Origin: Candidatus Jordarchaeales archaeon
GTDB lineage: Archaea; Asgardarchaeota; Jordiarchaeia; Jordiarchaeales; Freyrarchaeaceae
Reading direction: 5' to 3'
NCBI GenBank assembly: GCA_038858525.1
Contig: JAWCFL010000001.1
Location: 60,001 to 92,000, forward strand
Length of the DNA: 32,000 bases
Made by a program: the position numbers and the translations under genes. This document shows positions 16,397 through 24,991 of the stretch, piece after piece (position 1 is the first letter of the stretch; the number at the start of each line of letters is the position of its first letter). The notes beneath the pieces are model-generated. The model did not search any database, had not been told where the DNA came from, and worked only from the letters and a program-made list of their open reading frames with translations.

Positions 16397-17962
16397 GTGA
16401 AGTTTGCGTTGAAGGGTTACATGGAGCTCAGTGATAGTATTCCTAATGAGGCGATTGGTGAGATTGAGAGGTTTTTAGGTGATGTTCGTGATGCCCTTTT
16501 CTTGAGGGGTGTTCCTCGTGGACGGGAGAGTGAGGGGGCGCGTCTAATCGGGTGGAGGGTGGAGGGTGATAGGTTCTATGTTGAAATTGAGAGTGGTAGG
16601 TATGTGCGTGCTCATGTTGCTTTTGTTAGGTTGAGAAATGCCCTGGCGGGTTTTCTTGGTTCTAAGTTTAGTGTTGGTGTTCGATCTTGTAGGGTGTTTG
16701 ATTATGTTTTGGAGTTTGAACTTGAAAGAGAGCCCTTGGAGCCTGTGAGTGTTTTGTTTGCGAGGGATATCAAGTTTGACGGTAAGAAGGTTACGGTTTT
16801 CTTGGAGGAGCTGAATGACGAAGCCTTAGAGAAGAATTACCCTGACCGTGTAATAAGTCGGATTCGTGAAAAGGTTTCGAGGCAGCATGTTTCAGGTAAG
16901 GGAGAATTCACTCGCACGGTTAGACGTAATGTTAAAGGATTTGAGAGGTATAAGCTGAGTGAGGACCCAACCGAGGTGGCGGTTAAGCTTGGTTGGGTTA
17001 AAGAGTACCCTGCAGCGGGGATTTGGCAAATTATGCCGCCTATGGCGGCTTTGATTAGAGCTATGGAGGGGCTAATTGTCGACGAGGTTGCTAAACCTCT
17101 CGGGTTCCAAGAGGTTATGCTTCCACGTCTCATTCCACTTGAAGTTGAGTATAGGAAGGGGCATTTCGGAATTGCAAACGAGATTATTTGGGCTTGCCCA
17201 CCAGTTTCCCGGGATCCGAAGGAGTTCGAGGAAATTATGGATTACGTCGAGATAACCGGCGGCCCCCCGCCTGCTGAAATGCTGAGAGAGAAGCTCAGAC
17301 CACCCATGTATGGTCTTTCATATGCTCAGTGTGAGCCCTTCTACGAGATGTTTCATGGGGAGATAGTGGACTTGGACCTTTTAGAGAAGGAGCCAATTAT
17401 GCTTTTTGATAGAAATGGACCGACGTACCGGTGGGAAAGCGGGGGGCTTAGGGGGCTTGAGAGGCTTAATGAGTTTCACAGGGTGGAGCTTGTTTTCCTT
17501 TCAACGCCTGAGAAATGTGTTGAGATAAGGAACGCTATACTTGAGAGGGCGGAAAAAGTTGTTGGCGAGATTCTGGATCTAGATTATAGAGTGGACGCTA
17601 CTACTGCCGTGTATCTTGAACATGCAGGAAAGACCGAGGAGAGAAAGGAGGAAGAGGACTTGGTTAAAACATATGACTTAACTGTTCTCTTGCCTTTCCA
17701 GACAAAAAGCAGGCCTGAAGCTGAACTTGAAGTGGCAAGTTTCCACGTTCACACGGATTTTTATGCCAAACGATTTAGTTTCAAGGATAAGAAAAGAAGG
17801 ACAGTCTTTACCGGGTGTGCTGGACTTGGCCCTTCAAGGTTTGCTTACGTTTTCTTAGTGAGGTATGGATTTGACTTTGAAGGATGGCCTTCTGAGGTCA
17901 AAGGATACATAGGGGACAAGCTTCCTGAGCCGCCACACATGCTGACATGGCCGAAGAGGTAA
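16397..17962 (+). CDS. serS: Seryl-tRNA synthetase, methanogen (type 2, zinc-dependent) form
   Basis: 521 aa with N-terminal ESGRYVRAHVAFVRL; YAQCEPFY, YRWESGG, EFHRVE and GCAGLG supply the Cys/Glu/Cys Zn ligands of mSerRS. Confidence 0.92.
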   Translation: MKFALKGYMELSDSIPNEAIGEIERFLGDVRDALFLRGVPRGRESEGARLIGWRVEGDRFYVEIESGRYVRAHVAFVRLRNALAGFLGSKFSVGVRSCRVFDYVLEFELEREPLEPVSVLFARDIKFDGKKVTVFLEELNDEALEKNYPDRVISRIREKVSRQHVSGKGEFTRTVRRNVKGFERYKLSEDPTEVAVKLGWVKEYPAAGIWQIMPPMAALIRAMEGLIVDEVAKPLGFQEVMLPRLIPLEVEYRKGHFGIANEIIWACPPVSRDPKEFEEIMDYVEITGGPPPAEMLREKLRPPMYGLSYAQCEPFYEMFHGEIVDLDLLEKEPIMLFDRNGPTYRWESGGLRGLERLNEFHRVELVFLSTPEKCVEIRNAILERAEKVVGEILDLDYRVDATTAVYLEHAGKTEERKEEEDLVKTYDLTVLLPFQTKSRPEAELEVASFHVHTDFYAKRFSFKDKKRRTVFTGCAGLGPSRFAYVFLVRYGFDFEGWPSEVKGYIGDKLPEPPHMLTWPKR

Positions 17963-18265
17963 TAGGCAAAAATAACTTGGCCACCAACATTCTTCCTCCA
18001 TTATTTTGAAGGAAAACACCACAACGCCTGAAGGAATTTCTGACTTTAAGCTTCTTGAAACTTTGGAGCCGCGAGGACTTAAAGAGCCAAATGTTCCAGG
18101 TTCTCCTTTTACATTGAACTTTATTTGTTTATTCGCCTACAAATAATCTTGTTTGAAAATGTCAGTAATTAATTTAAGGAAGAAGAGAGCGAAGCCACGG
18201 AGATAGTTTTTTAAACGCCTTGAGTATTATTGCATGAAGACTTAATTTTTGGGGGGGAATAGAGA

Positions 18266-18424
18266 GTGGTGAAAGAGGTAAAGAAGGGAAGTAAAAAGCT
18301 TTATGTTTGTGAGGTATGTGGCCTCAAGTATGGAGAAAAGGTATGGGCGGAAAAGTGTGAGGAGTTCTGTTTTAAACACCATTCTTGTTCACTGGAAATA
18401 ACATCTCATGCCGTGCGAGATTAA
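18266..18424 (+). CDS. Small zinc-finger protein (52 aa), absent from the ORF track
   Basis: GTG start after GGGGGGG; MVKEVKKGSKKLYVCEVCGLKYGEKVWAEKCEEFCFKHHSCSLEITSHAVRD resembles a recurrent small archaeal CxxCG..Y..WA.KCE..C..H.SC family. Confidence 0.75.
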   Translation: MVKEVKKGSKKLYVCEVCGLKYGEKVWAEKCEEFCFKHHSCSLEITSHAVRD

Positions 18425-18977
18425 ATTTAATGTATTTGCATGAAGGGAGGAATAAAAACTTAGGGTTCTCTAATTAAACAACAGTTTTTTGAAGGGCTAT
18501 TATTATTTAATTACGCTTGAAAATCGATGACGTGTTTTGATAAACTCCCTTACAGAAATTATCAGTCAAAAATTTATGAGGGCTGTTTTTAATAAAGTTA
18601 GATTTGATTAGAGACGGGCCTTTGACTTCTATTCCATTCTTGCATTTAAGGGTCCATCAAGTTATGCTGTTTTCGCTTAAAGTGCATCAGTTAATGTATG
18701 ACACTTACTTCGAGATCCTAAATTATGAAAAAAGAAGCAAGTCTCAGGTAAGGAATTATGCTGAAACTTGCTCGCCGGCCTTTATGAGGTAACTTTAACT
18801 TGCTTCTCGAAAGTAATACCCTGCTGGCTCAGTAAAAATTGAAAAAGTTCTCGCTTTTTTCAGCGAAAGGTATTAATTATATCCTACTTTTTCCTTTCAT
18901 GTTTATCCCTTCTTCACGTTAAAAGTTTAAACGGGAAGCCAGTTTTCTTCAGTATTTGTTTGAGTTTTGCTAAGTAC

Positions 18978-21809
18978 TTACTCGATATAGATGCCAGGCT
19001 TTAATGGTTCAGCAACTTTAGCCTTTTCATGCGTTGATCTTTCGGCGAGTGAGACCTCGACCTCCGCTTCAAATTCTCGCCCAATGAATGATAAAGCGGA
19101 CTTTATAGCGTCTAGTTCTTCCTCTTGCGTGAGGATTACTGGTGGAAGCTCCTTCATTAGTTTTTCCGCGTACTTCACAGCCTCCTTACCGTGCACTCTA
19201 ACTTCTGGGGTCTGCATCACGCGTTTTACTAGTCCTTCTTTTTCTTTAACGGCTTCTTCTAGTACTCTGTATTTCCAGCGTGGAGCAACAAACAGAAGGA
19301 TGCGAGTCGGCTTTTTACCCGTCACATTTATGATTTCTCTTATGTCGTTTACGAGATTCTCAAGTAATGCTTCCTTTCCTTCTACCACATCGTTGAAGTA
19401 TTTCTCGTCGTATTCAGGCCATTTTTCGGTAACTATAAGAGTTTTTTCCCCCATTTTTTCCCATAACTCCTCACATAAGTGAGGTACAACTGGAGCCAGC
19501 AGGAGAACCATTGTTTTTACGGCTTCCCTGAGTATGTCACCGTATTCGTTTGTCCGCCTCATGTACCATCTTAAGTCGTTCCATATATTGAAAAGACACT
19601 CTTGTATGGCGGACCTAGTTTTTAGGGATTCGTAATTTTCGGTTGCAGCTTTTATTCTTCGGTGTAGCCGGCTTCTAAGCCATCTGTCTATCTCCCTATC
19701 AAGAGGTTTTGTTGGTGGGAGGTTGACGACGAAGTCGTATAACGCTTCAAGGCGTCTTTTGAGCCCTTGAACTTCCTTATCTCGCCAGTCGGGGTCGTTT
19801 AATTCCTCAGCAGCATAAGCCAGCCCGATTCTCGTGACGTCAGCACCATACTTGTTTAACGCTTCACGCATTGTGATGAAGTTCCCCTTAGACTTAGACA
19901 TTTTTTCTCCTTCAACTCGTATCATACCGTTGACTCCTATTTTGCGAGGCCACTTATCTTCAGGCCAGATCGCCACATGATGAAACAGGAAGAATGTGAG
20001 ATGATTAAAAACTAGTTCCTTGGCGGAAACTCTTAGTTCCACAGGGTACCAATACTCGAACTCATCACGCATAGTTTCTAGAAGCGCCTCATCAAGCCCG
20101 CTCTTGGATGCAACTTCCTCTAAGCTCCCCTCACCGAGAAAAACATAGTTGAAAACTTCAGGCGTAAGTTTGCTCGCATCTATATTAAAGAGGTTAAAGT
20201 ACTTTGCTAAAGTATAGAAGGCCATGTATATCGTCGAGTCAGAGAGAGTCTCGACTATCCATTCACGATCCCATGGCAGACGGGTCCCTAACCCGGTCTT
20301 GCGGACGCATGCCTTGTCCTCAAGCCATTCGATAGTACTCTCAAAGGCGTTCCTTGCTTCTTCGGGAAGGATTACCATCATCCTCAGTAGGCGGTAAACT
20401 TTCTCCTTCCACTCTGGGTCAGAATACCTTAGAAACCACTGGTTCTCAAGTATCTTAACTATGCACTTAGTATTGCATCGACATATGACCGTGTCGGCGC
20501 ACTCATACATAACGTCGGCCTTATTTTCAGTTATAAGGTCATCAACTAGGACACGTTTAACAGACCTAACAGGCATTCCACTATATTTGCCTGCGTTCTC
20601 ATTAAGTACGCCTTTATGGAATTCTTTTTTGTATATTTCCTTGGTGAGCTCCTCAAGCCTCGGGTCAAGCTGGTTTGTCACACCAGCATTATCGACAGCT
20701 TCTACTGCAGGATTTTCCCCTAAGCCCTCTGTTCTTATCAGGCTTATGGGTTTCAATTCTTTAACTACATCCACGGAAACATTATACTTATTGAGAAGCG
20801 CAGGGTTAGACCTTAACTCCTTTATTGCAGCCCAGTCATATGGAGCATGGCTAGGTACGCTCATAACCACTCCGGAAGCGTTGCTAGGATTAACGAAGAG
20901 TGCTGGAAGAATTGGCACTTTGTTGCCTAAAACAATATTCTTACAGAGTTTTCCTACAAGGAAGCTTCCTTTAAACGATTCAAGAACCTCAACTTGTTTC
21001 CCTTGTGCTCTAAGTTTGGGAACGGCATCTTCGCTCACAATCCAAAACTCGTTATTACACTTAGCTCGGACATATGTTGCATCCGGGTTAACCCACATGT
21101 TGGTAACACCGAACACCGTTTCAGGCCTTAATGTCGCAGCCATCAAGAAAGCGCCATCCAGTTCAAACTTCAACAAAACGAACTCAACATAAGAGACGCC
21201 TTCCCCCACGAGGCGGTCATGGTCACCTGTTGGACTTTCACAATTGGGACACCAGATAACGGGGTGCGTTCCAAGGGAAACGTATCCCCGTTCTCTCAGC
21301 TTAAGATACTGCCACTCGATAAAGCGGTTATAACATGGGTCTATTGTTGTGAACTGACGCCGCCAATCAACAGAGAAACCAATCCGCGTAACGTCTTCTA
21401 TCGCTTCACGTCGGTAATACTCAACAATGTAACGAGGATCCTTAAACTTCTCAATCTCCTCCTCTGGTACACCACCCCTCACCAAAATTCTAATCTGTTC
21501 TTTATCGCCTTTGCGAACTCTTTCAGCCACTCCAACTATAGGTTCACCTGTTGCGTGAAAAGCGAATGGAAAAAGAACGTTAAAACCCTGCATTCTTTTA
21601 ACACGAGCATAGATATCAGCCTTTAAACAAGTAAAAGCATGTCCCAAGTGGAGACGACCATTAAGGTACGGGTAAGGGAAGGTTACAAGCAAACCTTTCT
21701 CTTTTTTCCCGGTTCTTTTACCTTTTGGCACTGGGTCGGCTTCAAAAACTTTGGATTCAGCCCAGCGCCTCTGCCATTTTTCCTCTATGCGGTTCCAGTC
21801 TACCTCCAT
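18978..21809 (-). CDS. leuS: Leucyl-tRNA synthetase (archaeal/eukaryal type)
   Basis: TFPYPYLNGRLHLGH (HIGH), KMSKS and a CP1 editing domain with ATLRPET and GVVMSVPSHAPYD. Confidence 0.97.
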   Translation of the reverse strand: MEVDWNRIEEKWQRRWAESKVFEADPVPKGKRTGKKEKGLLVTFPYPYLNGRLHLGHAFTCLKADIYARVKRMQGFNVLFPFAFHATGEPIVGVAERVRKGDKEQIRILVRGGVPEEEIEKFKDPRYIVEYYRREAIEDVTRIGFSVDWRRQFTTIDPCYNRFIEWQYLKLRERGYVSLGTHPVIWCPNCESPTGDHDRLVGEGVSYVEFVLLKFELDGAFLMAATLRPETVFGVTNMWVNPDATYVRAKCNNEFWIVSEDAVPKLRAQGKQVEVLESFKGSFLVGKLCKNIVLGNKVPILPALFVNPSNASGVVMSVPSHAPYDWAAIKELRSNPALLNKYNVSVDVVKELKPISLIRTEGLGENPAVEAVDNAGVTNQLDPRLEELTKEIYKKEFHKGVLNENAGKYSGMPVRSVKRVLVDDLITENKADVMYECADTVICRCNTKCIVKILENQWFLRYSDPEWKEKVYRLLRMMVILPEEARNAFESTIEWLEDKACVRKTGLGTRLPWDREWIVETLSDSTIYMAFYTLAKYFNLFNIDASKLTPEVFNYVFLGEGSLEEVASKSGLDEALLETMRDEFEYWYPVELRVSAKELVFNHLTFFLFHHVAIWPEDKWPRKIGVNGMIRVEGEKMSKSKGNFITMREALNKYGADVTRIGLAYAAEELNDPDWRDKEVQGLKRRLEALYDFVVNLPPTKPLDREIDRWLRSRLHRRIKAATENYESLKTRSAIQECLFNIWNDLRWYMRRTNEYGDILREAVKTMVLLLAPVVPHLCEELWEKMGEKTLIVTEKWPEYDEKYFNDVVEGKEALLENLVNDIREIINVTGKKPTRILLFVAPRWKYRVLEEAVKEKEGLVKRVMQTPEVRVHGKEAVKYAEKLMKELPPVILTQEEELDAIKSALSFIGREFEAEVEVSLAERSTHEKAKVAEPLKPGIYIE

Positions 21810-22031
21810 TGTTGGGCACCTCTCTAGAGGAGGCTATTTAGAGAGTAAGATGCAAGGTAAATAAGTATTTTCACCAAGATGAATAAATACACGTTACAGT
21901 CGTTTTTTATTATACTTTTGGGGGGTTCATTTTTCCTCATCAACTGCTTAATAACTAGAAAAGCTTTTTAGCGGTTTGTATTCGATGGTCTCACGGAGAA
22001 ATTCCCCCTCATAGGTTCTCGGGTGTTTAAA

Positions 22032-22226
22032 ATGGGTAGAGTGAAACTCTCGGAAGAAGAGAAGACTGTTGTCAAGGAAGTCATGGACGAACTAGGGATA
22101 AGTGGCGGAAGAATTAAGATGCTTGTCGAGGCTGTAGGCGTTAGGACAGGCTTTGATAAGAAGAAGATGCGAGTAGCTGTTAAGCGTGCACTAGTTGGGG
22201 GAGAACCCACCGTTAAGAAGAAATGA
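22032..22226 (+). CDS. Small basic hypothetical protein immediately upstream of hdrA
   Basis: ATG at 22032; helical, Lys-rich 64 aa; 34 nt from the hdrA start. Confidence 0.65.
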   Translation: MGRVKLSEEEKTVVKEVMDELGISGGRIKMLVEAVGVRTGFDKKKMRVAVKRALVGGEPTVKKK

Positions 22227-22260
22227 AGAAAGGAATGCTAATTGGAGGTGATTAAAAAAG

Positions 22261-24225
22261 ATGGCTGAAAAGGAGAGAAAAGCAGAGGAACCGGTTATTG
22301 GCGTCTACGTGTGCAAGTGAGGAGTAAACATTGGCGGGGTCATAGATGCCGAGGCAGTGGCGGAATACGCAAGTAAGCTACCAAACGTTAAGGTTGCGAA
22401 GACATACTCGTTCTTCTGCTCCGACCCAGGACAAAAGATGATAAAGGAAGACATCGAAACGCAAGGGATTAACAGAGTTGTAGTCGCAGCCTGTACGCCC
22501 AAAATACACGAGCCAACATACAGAGCGTTGCTACAATCAGCGGGACTTAGCCCATACTACCTTGAGATGGTAAACTTAAGAGAGCATTGCTCTTGGGTTC
22601 ACATGACAGATCCACAGTCGGCGACTGAGAAGGCCAAGAAGCTTGTGGCTGCAGGGGTGGCGAGAGCTAGACTGCTCGAAGACGTACCCCAGAAGAGGTT
22701 GCCCGTCGAACCTGCCGTCATGGTTATAGGTGGAGGCATTGCTGGAATAAGTGCTGCTCTGAGTGTTGCAAATCACGGAGTAAAAGTTTACCTTGTGGAG
22801 AAGGAGGCGACCATTGGAGGGCTGGCAGTCCGCTTAGACAGGACTTTTCCAACAGATGACTGCGCCATCTGAATACTTGCGCCGAAAATGGTTGAGGCTG
22901 CCAAGCACCCTAACATCAAAATATTCTCTTACACAGAGGTCTTGGACGTTAAGGGAGTACCGGGATCATACAATGTGAAGCTTCTTAAGAAGCCGAGATA
23001 CGTTGATGAGAAAAAGTGCACAGGGTGCGGCAGCTGCACAGAAGTGTGCCCCGTAGCTGTACCTGACGAGTTTAACTATGGACTGGGCTACAGGAAGGCG
23101 ATCTACATACCCTTCCCCCAGGCTGTGCCCAAAGTTGCGCTAATATCAATGGACGACTGCATCCAATGCAAGTCCTGCCAGAAGGAGTGCAAGGCGGGAG
23201 CAATAGATTACGAGCAGAAACCAGAAGAAATAGAGTTGACCGTTGGAAGCATAATAGTTGCAACGGGATTTGAGATCTACGACATAGCTAAACATGGCGA
23301 CTACGGTTACGGACGGTTCGAGAACGTCATAACTCAAATAGAACTGGAAAGAATGCTAAGCCCCACAGGACCCACCGGAGGAAAGGTCGTTAGGGTCTCG
23401 GATGGAGAGCACCCGAAGCGTATAGCGATGATACAGTGTGTTGGGTCAAGGGACGTGAAGAGGAACCCCTACTGCTCAGAGGTTTGCTGCATGGTCGCCG
23501 TTAAGAACGCCAAGATCATAAAACAGGAAAGCCCTGACACTGAAGTGATCATCTTCTACATGGATATCAGAGGAATAGACGAGGGGCATGAAGAGTACTA
23601 CTTGGCGACGCGCGAATATGGAGTAATGTTTGTAAGAGGAAGAGTGGCAGAGGTTATAGAGGACCCGGAAACCAAGAACCTTAAGCTTCTCGTCGAAAAT
23701 ACTCTCACTGGAGAACTGCTGGAGACAGAAGTAGATCTGTTGGTGCTTTCAGCCGCTGTAGTACCCTCTGAGGGCACGAGGAAAATAGCACAGATCCTAG
23801 GGCTTAATAAGAGGCCAAGTGGCTTCCTAGCACCGCAACACGTGGCACTAAATCCGCAGGAAACAAAAAGTCCGGGGATATACATCTGCGGAGCAGCATT
23901 GGGGCCGAAAAACATACCTTATGCTGTTTCGAGCGCTAGGGCAGCAGCAGCTGCAGCTACCGCATGGACGCTTTCAGGAGAAGTTGCCGTTGAAATGATG
24001 ATCCCAGAGGTTAATGAGGAGCTATGCGTCGGTTGCAGAAGATGTGAAAGAACATGTCCTTTCGGAGCCATAAAGGTCGTGGAGGGAAAAGCAGTGGTTA
24101 GCGAGGTACAGTGTAAGGGGTGCGGTTCATGCGTCGCTTCATGTCCAGCTCATGCTTTAGACATGCGTTACTACAGGGATAGGCAAATCATAGAGGAGAT
24201 AAAGGCGGCGATCAAATCACGCTAG
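22261..24225 (+). CDS. hdrA: Heterodisulfide reductase subunit A, selenoprotein (Sec20 at TGA 22318-22320; Sec204 at TGA 22870-22872), 654 aa
   Basis: One frame from the ATG at 22261 (GGAGGTG SD upstream) through two TGAs: IGVYVCK-U-GVNIGG (canonical CHCG) and TFPTDDCAI-U-ILAP (canonical C..CI). Also FAD motif GGGIAG, ferredoxin motifs and CSEVCCM. Joins track ORFs 22357-22872 and 22888-24225. Confidence 0.95.
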
Positions 24226-24230
24226 CTGAA

Positions 24231-24308
24231 TGGGTCTTGGCCGATGAACACGCTGGAGAAAGCTCAAAGCCCAGCGTGGAAGGCTCTGGCTAGCGGCCAG
24301 ATGACCCA
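24231..24308 (+). ncRNA. SECIS-like 3'-UTR element of hdrA
   Basis: Outer helix UGGGUC-U-UGGCCG/CGGCCA-GAU-GACCCA; AUGAA; helix CACGCUGG/CCAGCGUG; unpaired AGAAA and mini-stem GCU/AGC; GA on the 3' arm. Confidence 0.75.
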
Positions 24309-24397
24309 TCTGCTTCTCTTATTCTTCACTGTAGATGTTTTTGAGGAGTAAATGTTTTATAATACCGTTTGAAACAGTCCACCGAGGTGTTGTTAGT

Positions 24398-24814
24398 ATG
24401 CCCACGCCACGCTTCAGCATAGTGTCTTTCTGTTGCTGGAAGTGAGGCTATGGTGCCAGCGACTTGACAGGAGTTTCTAGGGTTCAGTATGACCCTTCAG
24501 TAATTATAGTGAGAGTGAAGTGCACTGGTAGAGTCGACGTTAAACATATACTGGAAGCGATAAGGCAAGGCGCTGACGGCGTCATGGTCGTTGGTTGACA
24601 CGTCGGCGAATGCGACTTTGGAGATGGGAACGTGAAGGCACGACAACGCGTGGAGTTCGCGAAAAAAGTTCTTGACAAGGTCGGTCTTGGAGGAGACAGG
24701 GTCAACATGTATAACGTTTCAGCGGCTGAAATCGGTAGGTTCAGGGACGCCATAATGGATATGGTTGAAAAACTGGAGAAAATCGGTCCAAACCCATTGA
24801 GGAACAACGAGTAA
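24398..24814 (+). CDS. vhuD: VhuD/MvhD [2Fe-2S] subunit, selenoprotein (Sec16 at TGA 24443-24445; Sec67 at TGA 24596-24598), 138 aa
   Basis: MPTPRFSIVSFCCWK-U-GYGASDLTGVSRVQYDPSVIIVRVKCTGRVD...GADGVMVVG-U-HVGECDF...NVSAAE...GPNPL. Both TGAs fall at conserved MvhD Cys ligand positions; GAGGTG SD upstream. Confidence 0.95.
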
Positions 24815-24833
24815 CCGATGAAAAAGGATTAGT

Positions 24834-24880
24834 GGGAATGATCCTCAGGCCTAAAGTTAAGTGTCTGAGGTGACTGGCCC
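24834..24880 (+). ncRNA. Eukaryote-type SECIS-like element 3' of vhuD
   Basis: Core AUGA-U/U-GA-C (24838-24842/24871-24874), helix CCUCAGGC..CU/AG.G.UCUGAGG and apical loop AAAGUUA. Confidence 0.75.
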
Positions 24881-24896
24881 TCGTAAGCGGTGGGCC
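24875..24896 (+). other. GC hairpin downstream of the vhuD SECIS
   Basis: TGGCCC-N11-GGGCCA inverted repeat; function unknown (possible RNA end or stability element). Confidence 0.35.
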
Positions 24897-24991
24897 AAAT
24901 CAAAAATAAATGATAAAGCATTACTTGTTGAGAAATAAGTGAGGCGATCTGACGTGTTGCGGTTTAGCTTTAGTTGCGGAGGGTGCCTGGC

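Noticed and set aside
15884-16434. ORFs 15884-16069, 15925-16116 and 16162-16434
   Set aside because: They overlap the tRNA-Asp and tRNA-Pro genes and have no protein features.
17965-18125. Minus-strand open stretch reading FNVKGEPGTFGSLSPRGSKVSRSL...GVVVFSF, reminiscent of an Ig-like domain fragment
   Set aside because: No credible start, it runs into serS antisense, and the similarity is too weak to call a pseudogene.
18430-18975. Roughly 550-bp AT-rich gap with ORF 18604-18792
   Set aside because: No motif, terminal repeat or RNA structure recognised; left unassigned.
22224-22241. TGA ending the small gene before hdrA as a possible Sec codon
   Set aside because: Readthrough adds only four residues before TAA, and there is no Cys-homologous context.
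23935-23960. GCA/GCT trinucleotide run in hdrA
   Set aside because: It simply encodes the Ala-rich helix ARAAAAAATA; it is not a repeat element.
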